From: Polyangiaceae bacterium
GTDB taxonomy: Bacteria > Myxococcota_A > Polyangia > Polyangiales > Polyangiaceae
Length of the DNA stretch: 51,848 nt
Direction of reading: 5' to 3'
Assembly (NCBI GenBank): GCA_035485095.1
Contig: DATHOI010000386.1
Span: 1 to 51,848 of the forward strand
The translations under genes were made by a program, and so were the position numbers. The notes under the pieces are model-generated. The model saw only the letters and a program-made list of their open reading frames with translations, was not told where the DNA came from and searched no databases. Of this stretch, positions 1 through 9,380 are shown piece by piece; the first letter of the stretch is position 1, and the number at the start of each line of letters is the position of its first letter.

Positions 1-972
1 GGCGCACGGATCGACCGGAGGCTCGACCACCGGCGGTTCTCGTTTGAGCTTCTGTTCCGGGGTATACGCGAGCGAGAGCAGCGCGCGCACGTCCGGCGTA
101 CCAACCCCGGAAGTCAAGCCAGGACCCGCGCCGGCGGCCACCTCGATGTCGTCGACGATGCGGTAGCGCACGTCGAGCAGAGCTTCCGCATTCGTGGTGC
201 GCTTCTGCACGTCGTGAAAAGCCACGTCACCGGAAACCTCGGGTCCAATCTGCAGGTGACGGTTCTCCAGCAACAAGATGCCGAAGCCTGCACCCCACTT
301 GAACATCGACCCTTGCTCGATATTGGCAAACGTCGTGCGGCGCTCGAGCTCCGGACCTCCTGCAGCCGACCAAACCAATCGCTCGACCACGCGCCCGCCG
401 AGGATGAGCTGCGGCAGACCGCGAACCTGACCCGAGCTCACGAACGAGTCCTTCGCGCCGGTCGGCGCCCAGACGTTGCCACCTACCGCGATCTGAAATG
501 GATCGTGGTATTCGCCGACGAGCCGCAACCGCGCGCCTAGGCGCAGATCACCGAACTGGACGGAATTGGGCGAAGAAAACGCTTGGCCTGCCGCGTTCGG
601 GCTATCGCCGCTTTGCAGCAGCGCGACGGGCGCGTCGACATCGATGAATAGGCGATTCCAAAGCGACAGCCCAACGTCCAGGTTCAGGTAAAGCTGATCG
701 CCGACGACCGCTCCGACACGTGCGTTACTCGGCTCCGAACGTAACACCAACGGGTTATGCGCGTAGTCTCCGAGCAGCATGATGTGCGGCGTGAGCGGAC
801 CTGCCGCGTACGGTGACGGCACACCGAACATGCGGTCGCCCGCGGGCGCGGGATCGAAGCGATCGAGCGCCAACCCCGACGACTGCGCCAGCGCTGGGCT
901 CGCCACTCCGAGGAGCGCGATCGTCGTCGTGGCCTGCAGATACCCGTAGATTCTAGAAAATCGCGTAAGCAT
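1..972 (-). CDS. OmpA-family outer-membrane beta-barrel protein, myxobacterial type (N-terminal part; runs off the window start)
   Basis: Manual translation from ATG 972 gives an open frame to base 1: MLTRFSRIYGYLQATTTIALLGVASPALAQSSGLALDRFDPAPAGDRMFGV...DYAHNPLVL...FGDLRLGARLRL...GAGPGLTSGVGTPDVRALLSLAY...EPPVVEPPVDPCA. It has a signal peptide (ALA-Q) and barrel motifs typical of myxobacterial OmpA proteins. It is absent from the ORF track because the stop lies outside the window. Confidence 0.8.
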   Translation of the reverse strand, partial: MLTRFSRIYGYLQATTTIALLGVASPALAQSSGLALDRFDPAPAGDRMFGVPSPYAAGPLTPHIMLLGDYAHNPLVLRSEPSNARVGAVVGDQLYLNLDVGLSLWNRLFIDVDAPVALLQSGDSPNAAGQAFSSPNSVQFGDLRLGARLRLVGEYHDPFQIAVGGNVWAPTGAKDSFVSSGQVRGLPQLILGGRVVERLVWSAAGGPELERRTTFANIEQGSMFKWGAGFGILLLENRHLQIGPEVSGDVAFHDVQKRTTNAEALLDVRYRIVDDIEVAAGAGPGLTSGVGTPDVRALLSLAYTPEQKLKREPPVVEPPVDPCA

Positions 973-1101
973 GATGATGAAAGGAAGCCCCCAACGTAAC
1001 ACTGTCTCACGTCTCGTTGTGAGAGTGATCGCAGTATCTCTTCGGCGCACATGTAGGATTAGCGGCGCACGACGCATGTTCCCGCGTCTTACTTGCCTTC
1101 T

Positions 1102-1131
1102 CGTTTGCTCCCACGTTTGCTCCCACGTTGC
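1102..1131. repeat. Short intergenic 12-bp tandem repeat (CGTTTGCTCCCA x2 plus partial)
   Basis: cgtttgctccca at 1102-1113 and 1114-1125, then cgttgc, in a divergent intergenic region. Confidence 0.6.
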
Positions 1132-1341
1132 CCGCCTTGGCAGCACTTGCTCAGCGAATGCCGCGCTGCGCTGGTGGTGTGAGACGTTTTGCCGCAATGC
1201 CCAGGTGGCGGAATCCGGCTACCAAGCCAGCCATGACGACTGACCGCGCCCCGCGGAAGCGATGCTGCAATCCATGGCGCGAACCCAGGCATTTCCACGA
1301 GCGGTTTGCGAAACGCCGAGGCCGTGGGACAAACCTGCGAA

Positions 1342-1926
1342 ATGCGCGCGACCTGCTTGCTCTCCGCGGCACTGGCACTCACGGCTTGCGGTTCGTCGCA
1401 TTCGTATCCGCAAGCGAGCAACACACTCGCCCCCACGGGCGACGCCGCACAAGCGGCGCCGGTCGACGGGATCTCGTGTGAGACACTCGAGCAGCTCGCG
1501 TTTCACCTCCACGCGCACCTCGCCATCTACGTGGGCGACGATCAGAAGTTGCTGCCGGCGGGCATCGGCATCGGTCCACCGCTCGACGTCGAGGATGACT
1601 TCGTCGTCGGCGGTAGCTGTTTCTCGTGGCTACACACCCACGATCAGACCGGCTTGATTCACATCGAGTCCCCGGCGCCGCGTACCTTCACGCTCGGGAA
1701 CTTCTTCGACATCTGGGGCCAGCCGCTGTCGAACACGGCAGTTGGGCCAGCTACTGGTACGGTCAACGCGTTCGTCGATGGCCAACCGTTCACCGACGAT
1801 CCGAACACGATCCCGCTCGTCACGATGGGTGCCGACGGGAGCTACACCGCGCACGGCGTGCTGCAACTCGACGTCGGCACGCCGGTGCATCCGTTCGAAG
1901 CGTACACCTTCCCGCCTGGCTACTAG
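1342..1926 (+). CDS. Conserved hypothetical lipoprotein with clustered His motifs (putative metal binding)
   Basis: From ATG 1342 there is a signal peptide with lipobox LTAC. Motifs FHLHAHLAIYV, LHTHDQTGLIHIES and FTLGNFFDIWG are present. Confidence 0.75.
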   Translation: MRATCLLSAALALTACGSSHSYPQASNTLAPTGDAAQAAPVDGISCETLEQLAFHLHAHLAIYVGDDQKLLPAGIGIGPPLDVEDDFVVGGSCFSWLHTHDQTGLIHIESPAPRTFTLGNFFDIWGQPLSNTAVGPATGTVNAFVDGQPFTDDPNTIPLVTMGADGSYTAHGVLQLDVGTPVHPFEAYTFPPGY

Positions 1927-1977
1927 CGATGTCAGATCGAGCTCGGCAAAAAGGCGCAGCCGGATAGACCGCGCTCG

Positions 1978-2304
1978 TTAGCCCGAGTCGGAGGCAAGGT
2001 TACTGCGATCATCGGGGATCGCGTCCAACATGGACAACAGCGAGCTCGAGCTGGTCGTCGGGCTCGAGCTTGCACTCGTGGACGAGCTGTTGCCGGCCGT
2101 AGCGGAAGCCCCGCCGTGATGATGCCCATGGTGGTGATGGCCGGGTTGACCCGGATTTTGACCGCCGGACTGTTGCGCTTGGCTCTGCTGCAATTGCGCT
2201 TGGAAGGCAGCCAGTTGCGCCGCCGCGTCAGCGGCGGATTGATTGCTGCCTGCGGTCAGCTCGGTTTGGTCGGGGTTCGTCGAATTGATACTGTTGATGC
2301 TCAC
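1978..2304 (-). CDS. Small low-complexity Gln/Ser/His-rich protein
   Basis: 108-aa ORF with a GAGGA RBS before the GTG and a consensus sigma-54 promoter upstream. Contains HHHHGHHHGG plus Q-rich and S-rich tracts. Confidence 0.7.
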   Translation of the reverse strand: MSINSINSTNPDQTELTAGSNQSAADAAAQLAAFQAQLQQSQAQQSGGQNPGQPGHHHHGHHHGGASATAGNSSSTSASSSPTTSSSSLLSMLDAIPDDRSNLASDSG

Positions 2305-2340
2305 GGTTTATCCTCGGTCCGAAAGGGCGTTCCGAAGGCT

Positions 2341-2356
2341 CGCAACTGACGTGCCA
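2341..2356 (-). promoter_or_regulatory. Sigma-54 (-24/-12) promoter
   Basis: TGGCACGTCAGTTGCG on the minus strand matches TGGCAC-N5-TTGC and ends 37 nt upstream of the 2304 start. Confidence 0.7.
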
Positions 2357-2672
2357 GCGCGTTCAAAGCCGATCAGGCGAATGGAGCGCGCAGTGCTCGC
2401 CTCGCGCATGTCTGCGGCATCGAAGCAAAATCATGCGCTCGCAAACGCATGTTACGCTTTGCGACAGATCCCACGCGGTGACGAAGTGCCAAGATTTGCA
2501 CGCGCTGGGCTGCTCTTCCGTCATTGCGCTGGCGGTTACTCTCGGCACACCTGGCGCGGGAAAAGTGCCAAAAATCGTCGCGCAAACGTCACGCGAAAAC
2601 GCGGCCGGCTTGCTTATGGTGCGGCTCGCCGAGCGCGCCTGACGACTGCGCGCGAAGAACCGGAGATTTGCC

Positions 2673-4304
2673 ATGACCGCGACGTCGAACCTCGCCGAAG
2701 GACCCGAAGCATTGGGACCTGCCCCAGAATCCCACCTGGCCTCGAAGCTCGGGAAAGGCCCGGGCAAGCTCGGTACCATCATCTTCGCGGCCGTCCTGGC
2801 GATTGGAGTCGTTTACAGCGCCTCCCAATTGATCAGCGACCTGTCCTTCGTGCACAGCACCTCGCTCTTCCCGTACATCCTGCTCGGGATCGCGCTGCTC
2901 GTGGCGCTCGCTTTCGAGTTCGTGAATGGTTTTCACGACACGGCCAATGCCGTAGCGACGGTGATCTACACGCACTCGCTCGAACCGCACACGGCGGTGG
3001 CGTGGTCCGGCATGTGGAACTTCATCGGCGTCTTGACCTCCACCGGCGCTGTCGCGTTCGGCATCATTTCGCTGCTGCCGGTCGAGCTGATTTTGCAGGT
3101 AGGCAGTGGCGCGGGCTTCGCCATGGTTTTTGCGCTGCTGGCTGCGGCCATCATTTGGAATCTCGGAACCTGGTATTTCGGGCTGCCCTCCTCGAGCTCG
3201 CACACGCTCATCGGCTCGATCATCGGCGTCGGCATCGTGAACCAACTGATGTCGGTGAAGACCGGCACCAGCGGCGTCGATTGGGGTCAGGTCAGCAACA
3301 TCGGAAAGTCCCTGCTCATCTCGCCGCTAGTGGGCTTCTTCTTCGCCGCGTTGCTGCTCGTGCTGATGAAGGTCGTGATCCCGAACAAGCGTCTGTACGA
3401 GGCGCCCGAAGGCACGAAACCCCCACCCTTTTGGATCCGCTGCCTGCTCTTGCTGACTTGCACGGGCGTCAGCTTCGCCCACGGCTCGAACGACGGGCAG
3501 AAGGGCATGGGGCTCATCATGCTGATCCTGATCGGCACCGTGCCCACGGCGTATGCGCTCAATCACGCCGTCACGGCTCAAAGCTCACTCGACTTCATCG
3601 CCGTCTCGCACGAGAGCGCGGAGGTGTTCAAACACTACGCGCCGCCGCAGTCAGCGCGCGTGGCGGACGCTCGCGCCGAGGTCACCGACTACATGCGTAC
3701 GCACACGATCAGCCCCACCACGACCACCGCGCTCTCGCAGTTGGTCAGCGACGTCGCAACCGACATGGGTCGCTACAAAGAGCTGAAGAACGTGCCGCCC
3801 GGCGAGACGCGCAACTTTCGCAATGACATGTACCTGATCAGCGAGAGCGTGCGTCTGATCCAAAAATCAGGCGCTCCGAAGCTGACGTCGGAAGACGCCG
3901 CCGTGCTGAAGAACTACAAAAAGCACTTGGATGACGCCACGAAGTTCATTCCCAGTTGGGTCAAGGTCGCTGTCGCAATCGCGCTCGGCCTCGGCACCAT
4001 GGTGGGTTGGAAGCGCATCGTCGTGACTGTCGGCGAGAAGATCGGCAAAGACCACCTGACCTACGCGCAAGGCGCGGCGGCAGAGATCACCGCCATGATC
4101 ACCATCGGCGCGGCCGACGCATTCGGTTTGCCCGTCAGCACCACGCACGTCCTATCGTCTGGCGTGGCGGGGACGATGGCGGCCAATCGCTCCGGACTGC
4201 AGTTCGACACCGTGCGCAACTTGCTCATGGCTTGGGTGCTCACGCTGCCCGTGTCCATCGTGCTCTCGGGCTCGCTGTTCTGGCTCTTCACGAAGATGAG
4301 TTGA
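2673..4304 (+). CDS. pitA: Inorganic phosphate transporter, PiT family
   Basis: PiT motifs NGFHDTANAVAT, GLPSSSSHTLIG, AHGSNDGQKGMG and GLPVSTTHVLSSG, with the long central insert seen in PitA. Confidence 0.93.
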   Translation: MTATSNLAEGPEALGPAPESHLASKLGKGPGKLGTIIFAAVLAIGVVYSASQLISDLSFVHSTSLFPYILLGIALLVALAFEFVNGFHDTANAVATVIYTHSLEPHTAVAWSGMWNFIGVLTSTGAVAFGIISLLPVELILQVGSGAGFAMVFALLAAAIIWNLGTWYFGLPSSSSHTLIGSIIGVGIVNQLMSVKTGTSGVDWGQVSNIGKSLLISPLVGFFFAALLLVLMKVVIPNKRLYEAPEGTKPPPFWIRCLLLLTCTGVSFAHGSNDGQKGMGLIMLILIGTVPTAYALNHAVTAQSSLDFIAVSHESAEVFKHYAPPQSARVADARAEVTDYMRTHTISPTTTTALSQLVSDVATDMGRYKELKNVPPGETRNFRNDMYLISESVRLIQKSGAPKLTSEDAAVLKNYKKHLDDATKFIPSWVKVAVAIALGLGTMVGWKRIVVTVGEKIGKDHLTYAQGAAAEITAMITIGAADAFGLPVSTTHVLSSGVAGTMAANRSGLQFDTVRNLLMAWVLTLPVSIVLSGSLFWLFTKMS

Positions 4305-4336
4305 GCCCACTAGCCCCGTGCGTCTACTCTCCACCG

Positions 4337-4735
4337 GTGCCCAAGAAAGCCCTCGCGAAGAAAGCCCCCGCGAAGAAAGTCGCTCCACTCGAGCAAGCGG
4401 ATCCGCGCTTTGTGCCGGTGATCAAAGCCTTTGCGGGCAAATTGGGTTTCTCGCTCATGGAGAGCAAGTCGGGCGCCATGCGGGGTCTGATGCTGAATGG
4501 AAAATCATTCGGCATGTCGTCGCACGGCCGCTTCATCTTGAAGCTCACGGAAGAACGTACCGCGACCTTGATCGGAGACGGCGTCGGCAAGCCATTCAGT
4601 CCTAGCGCGGGTCGCGCAATGAAGGGGTGGCTCGAGGTCACGGACCCGAAGGCGAACTGGGTCGTCCTCGCGAAGGAGGCGTATCGCCTCGCCGCCGACG
4701 CGGGCAAAAAGCGAGGGCCTCGCGATCGCGCCTGA
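4337..4735 (+). CDS. Hypothetical protein, TfoX-N/MmcQ-like, with an AKKA-rich N-terminus
   Basis: GTG 4337 lies within track ORF 3956..4735. Sequence GLMLNGKSFGM...FILKL...GKPFSPSAGRAMKGWLEV...AKEAY. Confidence 0.6.
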   Translation: MPKKALAKKAPAKKVAPLEQADPRFVPVIKAFAGKLGFSLMESKSGAMRGLMLNGKSFGMSSHGRFILKLTEERTATLIGDGVGKPFSPSAGRAMKGWLEVTDPKANWVVLAKEAYRLAADAGKKRGPRDRA

Positions 4736-4996
4736 AGCGTGATCCGAGTCGGGAGCGAACCGCCAGACTCGAAGCATCAGTCCGGTGATAGGAAAGAGTC
4801 GAAACGATCTCGACATGTTACGTATCACACTCAGCGCTCGTGCCGTCGCGGCGTAACTTGCACAAAAGACGGGCCTTGCGCCCGATTTCTTCAAATTCCT
4901 GGGGATGAAGCGGCCGAGTATGTGAGTATGACCGGCTGTGCGCCGTGGGACCTCCACGCGCGCAGCCAATAGGGCGAGAACAATGAAGGGCAATCC

Positions 4997-5704
4997 ATGA
5001 GGCACATCCTTGAACTAGGTCTCGGTACGGTGGTGGCATTGGCGTTCGCGGTTGGCTGCGGCGGCAGCAGCAACAGCACGGGCACAGGCGGCTCATCGTC
5101 ATCGGCTGGGAGCACTGCGAGCGGCGCTGGCGAGTCATCGACGAGCGGCGGCGCGTCTTCGACGAGTGGCGGCGCGTCTTCAACGAGCGGTGGCGCTTCG
5201 TCAACGTCGGGCGGCGCAAGCTACACTGTTGGCCCATTTACGACGAGCCTCCCTGCATCGACCTCGCTGGGCAGTTTGACCAGCGCGCAGGCCACCCAAC
5301 TCTGCACTCAACTCGACAGCTATCTGAACAGTATCACCACATACGAGTGCGAGTTGATCGCAGTGGTCGAAGCCGGGACCGCCACGTCGGATGCGGCTGC
5401 GCAGACGATGTGCCAGACGTTAGAATCGGCCTGTTCTGCGACGGGCACGACCACTGACTCTTGCACGGCTCCTGGTAGCTCGTGCATGGCGACCGTTGGC
5501 GATCTCGAAGGTTGCCTCAACGACACCACCGCGACGCTCAAGTCAGCAGCGGTCCCCGCTTGCGCCACCCTCACGTTGGCTCAGGCCCAGGCTCTGGCGA
5601 TTTCCTTTGCAGGCGAGGCCGACGGCGGCCCGGCAGAGCCCACCTCGTGCACGAGCTTCGCAGCAAAGTGCCCTGATTCGAACATGTTGCCTCCGAGCAT
5701 GTGA
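4997..5704 (+). CDS. Cys-rich lipoprotein with a Gly/Ser linker
   Basis: Lipobox AVGC, SSTSGGA repeats and a Cys-rich C-terminal domain (CMATVGDLEGCLND). Confidence 0.75.
   Translation: MRHILELGLGTVVALAFAVGCGGSSNSTGTGGSSSSAGSTASGAGESSTSGGASSTSGGASSTSGGASSTSGGASYTVGPFTTSLPASTSLGSLTSAQATQLCTQLDSYLNSITTYECELIAVVEAGTATSDAAAQTMCQTLESACSATGTTTDSCTAPGSSCMATVGDLEGCLNDTTATLKSAAVPACATLTLAQAQALAISFAGEADGGPAEPTSCTSFAAKCPDSNMLPPSM
5135..5218 (+). repeat. In-frame 21-bp degenerate tandem repeat x4 encoding SSTSGGA
   Basis: tcatcgacgagcggcggcgcg / tcttcgacgagtggcggcgcg / tcttcaacgagcggtggcgct / tcgtcaacgtcgggcggcgca. Confidence 0.8.
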
Positions 5705-5783
5705 CCACGGCTGGTCCACGAAAGTGAGTCGCGGCGCCAGCCCAAACGGGCCGGCGCCGCATTCACATCGAGCTATGTCAGTG

Positions 5784-7769
5784 TCAGTCGCGACCGCTCG
5801 GCTGATCGGCGTCGCGGTGAGCGAAGTCGAACAGATCGAACAGGTCGTCGAGCGCTGGCGAGTTGCGCGGCACCCAAGGCTCCCGAACGTCTGCCACCGG
5901 GTTCGGCAGGTTGTCGCGGCTGCGATTCGTGATCGGACCGAGTCCCCAGTTGCGTTCCACGAACTTCAGGATCGAAACGTGATCCCCGTACTGATGCGAC
6001 AGGTAGCCGCCTGAGGTGTACGGCGATACCGCGATGAGCGGGATGCGCGTGCCGTCTCCGAAGAAGTCGACCGGCTGGATGTAGCCCGAGTCGTAGTAGC
6101 CGCCGCCTTCATCGAAGGTGATGAAGATGGCCGTGTCCTGGAACAGCTCGGGGTGACTCTTGACCGCATCGACGATCTTCTTCGAGAAGCCTTCGAACAG
6201 ATCGAGCTTGGATGACGCAGGGTGGCCGTCCAAGAGTCCGCTCGGCTTGACGATCGAGAAGGCGGGCAGCCAACCGTTCTTCAGGTCCGTGTAGAAGTCG
6301 TCCGTGTCCTTCAGGTGGCTGGTGCGCACGGCAGCGTTGGTCATGATCGACGAGGAATATTGGAACGGATTGCAGATGTTGCAGTACTCGTCGCCCGGCG
6401 CAAAACCGTCTGGATCTGCGACGTATTTGTTCCAATTCTCACCGTAGTAGCGCCAGGAAATCTGGTGCTCGAGCAGCTCGTCACCGATCGTGCGCGTGGA
6501 GCTCGGTGGGATGACGAACTCGCCAGTGTTGACCGTGCCGTCGCCGAAATAGCCCGGGTCGTAGTTGTTCAGTAGATAGTAGTGACCCTTCTCGCAGTTG
6601 GGTTTCACGTGCAGATCGTGCAGGTAGTCGAGCACGGGTCCTACGCCGGGCTGCGAGGCGTCCGAGCAATCACTGTACGTGCCGCCCGAGTAGCCGTCCT
6701 GCGCGTACCAATCGTTGGTGCCCGGTTGTGGGTTCGGGTTTTCGGTGTTCAGCACGGGCGGCGCGAGCGGGTTGCCCTTGCCGTCGCTGAACCAGTCCGC
6801 GTCACCGGTGCCCAAAGCCACGTGATTGGCGCCCGTTCCACCTTGAATCGATTGGTGGAAGTTGTCGCTCATCGCGTACTCGTCCGCGAGCGACTTGAAG
6901 TACGGCGCGTCGCCCTTCAGCACGTTGTAAAAGCCCATCGCCGCCGAGCCTTCGAACGTCGTCGCTTCGTTGAAGTTCGAAGGCCTCGTGGCGCCGTTTG
7001 CGCCGGCGCCAACGCTGGTCTCGACCCACGGGAACAGATCTTCCTTGCAGCCGGACGGATTCGCCCACGTCGCGTTGGCAATGCTGCAGTCGAGCTCTTG
7101 CCACATCTGATAGAAGCGATGCACTGGGCTAGCCGAGTAGTCGTCGTAACCGATCGAGGGCGTGAGCTGGAACGGACCCGGTGGCAGCGCGCTCGGATTC
7201 GCGAGCCGGGTGTCAGGGGCGCCGCTCTGCAAGCCGGTACCGCCCGTCGTCAGAAATTGCAGATAGTTCGCCGGCAGCGCGTTGCCTTCGTCTTGCTGAG
7301 CGTCCGTCAGCGTTTCGACGAAGGGCTGGGTCGGCCCACCTGCGAGCACGGTCGGCAAAGCGCCATACGGCGTCTTGTCGTTCGGGCTCAGCTCGTAGGA
7401 GCTCGTATCGACCGCACTTCGCTGCACGCCGAGCGAGAAGTTGGGGCCGGGCTCGCCGTTCTCTTTGATGATGCCTTTGGAGAGCATGTTGTCGATGCGT
7501 TGACCGCCCTTTGGCTTGTAGGTCGCGAAAACATGGTCAAAAGTGCGATTTTCTCCGACGATGACGATCACGTGCTTGATCGGCGAGCGAGTGTCGCGGT
7601 CGTGCTTTTCATTCCGAGCTTGCGCGGCGCTGACCGTAGGCGCGGGCGTGGTCAGTGACAGGGCCTCGCTCGTCTCGCTGGTCTGCTCTCCGGTGTCCGG
7701 CGACGACCCACAAGCCGAGGCGAGGATCGCCACGGAGCCCAATAGTCCTAACGATGTATAAATCCGCAT
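5784..7769 (-). CDS. Phosphoesterase (acid phosphatase AcpA / phospholipase C family) lipoprotein
   Basis: Lipobox ASAC. Motifs IKHVIVIVGENRTFDH, MGFYN, SDNFHQ..GGTGANH, DGHP, TFDEGGGYYD, GTRIPLI and DHVSILKF. Confidence 0.9.
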   Translation of the reverse strand: MRIYTSLGLLGSVAILASACGSSPDTGEQTSETSEALSLTTPAPTVSAAQARNEKHDRDTRSPIKHVIVIVGENRTFDHVFATYKPKGGQRIDNMLSKGIIKENGEPGPNFSLGVQRSAVDTSSYELSPNDKTPYGALPTVLAGGPTQPFVETLTDAQQDEGNALPANYLQFLTTGGTGLQSGAPDTRLANPSALPPGPFQLTPSIGYDDYSASPVHRFYQMWQELDCSIANATWANPSGCKEDLFPWVETSVGAGANGATRPSNFNEATTFEGSAAMGFYNVLKGDAPYFKSLADEYAMSDNFHQSIQGGTGANHVALGTGDADWFSDGKGNPLAPPVLNTENPNPQPGTNDWYAQDGYSGGTYSDCSDASQPGVGPVLDYLHDLHVKPNCEKGHYYLLNNYDPGYFGDGTVNTGEFVIPPSSTRTIGDELLEHQISWRYYGENWNKYVADPDGFAPGDEYCNICNPFQYSSSIMTNAAVRTSHLKDTDDFYTDLKNGWLPAFSIVKPSGLLDGHPASSKLDLFEGFSKKIVDAVKSHPELFQDTAIFITFDEGGGYYDSGYIQPVDFFGDGTRIPLIAVSPYTSGGYLSHQYGDHVSILKFVERNWGLGPITNRSRDNLPNPVADVREPWVPRNSPALDDLFDLFDFAHRDADQPSGRD

Positions 7770-7781
7770 GATGATTTGATC

Positions 7782-7864
7782 TCCCTTTCACGCGTCCTGA
7801 GAGCTCGCTCACGAGCGCACTTCATGCGCGCGAGTGAACGAGCAGCTCCTCAGTAGCGAAGGGA
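7782..7864 (-). promoter_or_regulatory. Long imperfect stem-loop in the phosphoesterase leader, pairing with its Shine-Dalgarno sequence
   Basis: On the mRNA strand the pairs are UCCCUU/AAGGGA, CGC/GCG, CUGAG/CUCAG, GCUCG/CGAGC, UUCAC/GUGAG and GCGCA/UGCGC, with loop UGAAG. Confidence 0.5.
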
Positions 7865-7909
7865 TGTGTCTCCAGCGCGGCGCGCTAGAAAATATTCAGC
7901 GCTCTTCCA

Positions 7910-9229
7910 TCAACGAGCTGAATGCGTTTCGGTGACTGCAGCCGAACGAAATTGCGCGTCGGTCAGCGTGTCTAGAAATGCCACGATCGCATCGATCTCG
8001 TTTTCGTCGAGCGCAGCAGGCTCACCTAGATGACGGTTGTACGGAGCTTGATCGACGTTGACGTACTGACGATATTTTTCCGGTACGTCGTCGAACGTCG
8101 TCGACCCGTACCAACGCTTCGGCGTGCTGGAACGTGAGGCATAAAAAGCCACGACCTCGCGCAAGGAAGAGAACACGCCGTTGTGCATGAAGCTCGTCCT
8201 GAGCGCGACATTTCGCAACGACGGCGTCCGGAATTTACCGCAAAACTCCGGTGCATCCGAGTGGTAGCGCGGGTTTTGGCGCTGGCACAGACCGAGATCG
8301 AAATGCGCGGCGTCGCGGTTCACGGCGAGCTCTCGATTGCGCGGCACGCCGGCCGATTCGTAACCGAAGTCACTGAACGGTGAGCGCTCGGGATTCGGAA
8401 TCGTGTCGTTCAATTTGTGGCACGCCGCGCAGCCGCCCTTGGCTGAATCTTTGAAGAGCGACAGACCGCGCGCCTCGATGGCCGAAAGCTCGGCGCGGTG
8501 CTGAATGTAATCGTCGTACTTCGAGGAAAACGGCGACATCTCCGGGCTCATCAGATAGGCGGCGACCGCTTCACCCAAAGCCTGCACGACGCGGTCCGAA
8601 TCAGTGAGGTCACCGAATTGCCGAGCGAACTCCGAAGCGTACTCGCCTTGCCTGATCTTGTCCGCGATGCCGTTCGGGCTCGAGTTATTCATCTCGTTTG
8701 GATTCAGCAGCGGCTGCTTCGACAGCTCGCTCAGTGAGTCGACGCGCCCGTCCCAGAAGAAGCCGCCGAACGCGTCAACGAGCGGTGCGTCCTCCTCCCA
8801 GTGCAGATGAAAGTGGCGCACGAACTTCAAATACAAGACCGAGGGCGTATTGCGTTGGGCGAAGTGGCCAGGCCGACTGCCCAGCGCGACACCAAGTGTC
8901 GAGCCGTGGTTACCCGCGAAGCCGTGCGCCGGGTCGTGACAGCTCGCGCAGCTCGTCCCCCTGGGCTCGGACAGTGCGCCGTCGAAGAAGATGCGTTTTC
9001 CGAGCGCAATTTTGGCTGAATCATCGACGAGCGCCTGGCTCGGCGCTGGCGCGGCCGCGCTGTCGCTAGCCGGCTTGGCCACGCGCGCGAGCGGTGCGCG
9101 CAGACCAACGCCACGCGCCTTGAAGCGCGCGGCGATCACGGTGACCCCCAAAGAAGCCGCGATCACGATGAGACACGCGAGTACCGTGCGCGAGCTTCCG
9201 CGCACCGAAGCAATCACCGACGGAGTCAT
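7910..9229 (-). CDS. Diheme enzyme of the cytochrome c peroxidase/MauG superfamily
   Basis: Two CxxCH motifs (CASCH, CAACH), RNTPS, FFWDGR and KFRTPSLRNVA..FMHNGVF..LREVVAFY. N-terminal hydrophobic segment. Start placed at ATG 9229 after GAGGG. Confidence 0.9.
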   Translation of the reverse strand: MTPSVIASVRGSSRTVLACLIVIAASLGVTVIAARFKARGVGLRAPLARVAKPASDSAAAPAPSQALVDDSAKIALGKRIFFDGALSEPRGTSCASCHDPAHGFAGNHGSTLGVALGSRPGHFAQRNTPSVLYLKFVRHFHLHWEEDAPLVDAFGGFFWDGRVDSLSELSKQPLLNPNEMNNSSPNGIADKIRQGEYASEFARQFGDLTDSDRVVQALGEAVAAYLMSPEMSPFSSKYDDYIQHRAELSAIEARGLSLFKDSAKGGCAACHKLNDTIPNPERSPFSDFGYESAGVPRNRELAVNRDAAHFDLGLCQRQNPRYHSDAPEFCGKFRTPSLRNVALRTSFMHNGVFSSLREVVAFYASRSSTPKRWYGSTTFDDVPEKYRQYVNVDQAPYNRHLGEPAALDENEIDAIVAFLDTLTDAQFRSAAVTETHSAR

Positions 9230-9380
9230 GGCTTTCCCTCTTCGCTGACTGACGAGCCACGCTTGTAACGTGTGACGATGGCGTTCGAGCACTGTTAGCG
9301 AAAAAGAGCCGTGACTTGCGTGCACTGGGCGTGACGTTCACGTGGGGCCGGGCACGATCAAGTCACCAGACAATTTTGCC

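Noticed and set aside
114-1052. Short track ORFs at the window start
   Set aside because: Superseded by the minus-strand OmpA-family frame 972..<1.
2243-3826. 527-aa alternative-frame ORF over pitA
   Set aside because: Arg/Ala-rich shadow frame typical of high-GC DNA; the pitA frame carries the family motifs.
4785-4967. Hairpins upstream of the 4997 lipoprotein as a riboswitch
   Set aside because: No recognisable aptamer consensus; the stems are compatible with chance in GC-rich DNA.
7910-9229. Calling the diheme mauG
   Set aside because: No methylamine dehydrogenase (mauABDE) genes are present.
9260-9340. Pho-box-like GTCAC/GTTAC repeats upstream of the diheme-phosphoesterase pair (and similar near pitA)
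   Set aside because: Spacing is 7 or 20 bp rather than the 11-bp direct-repeat period.
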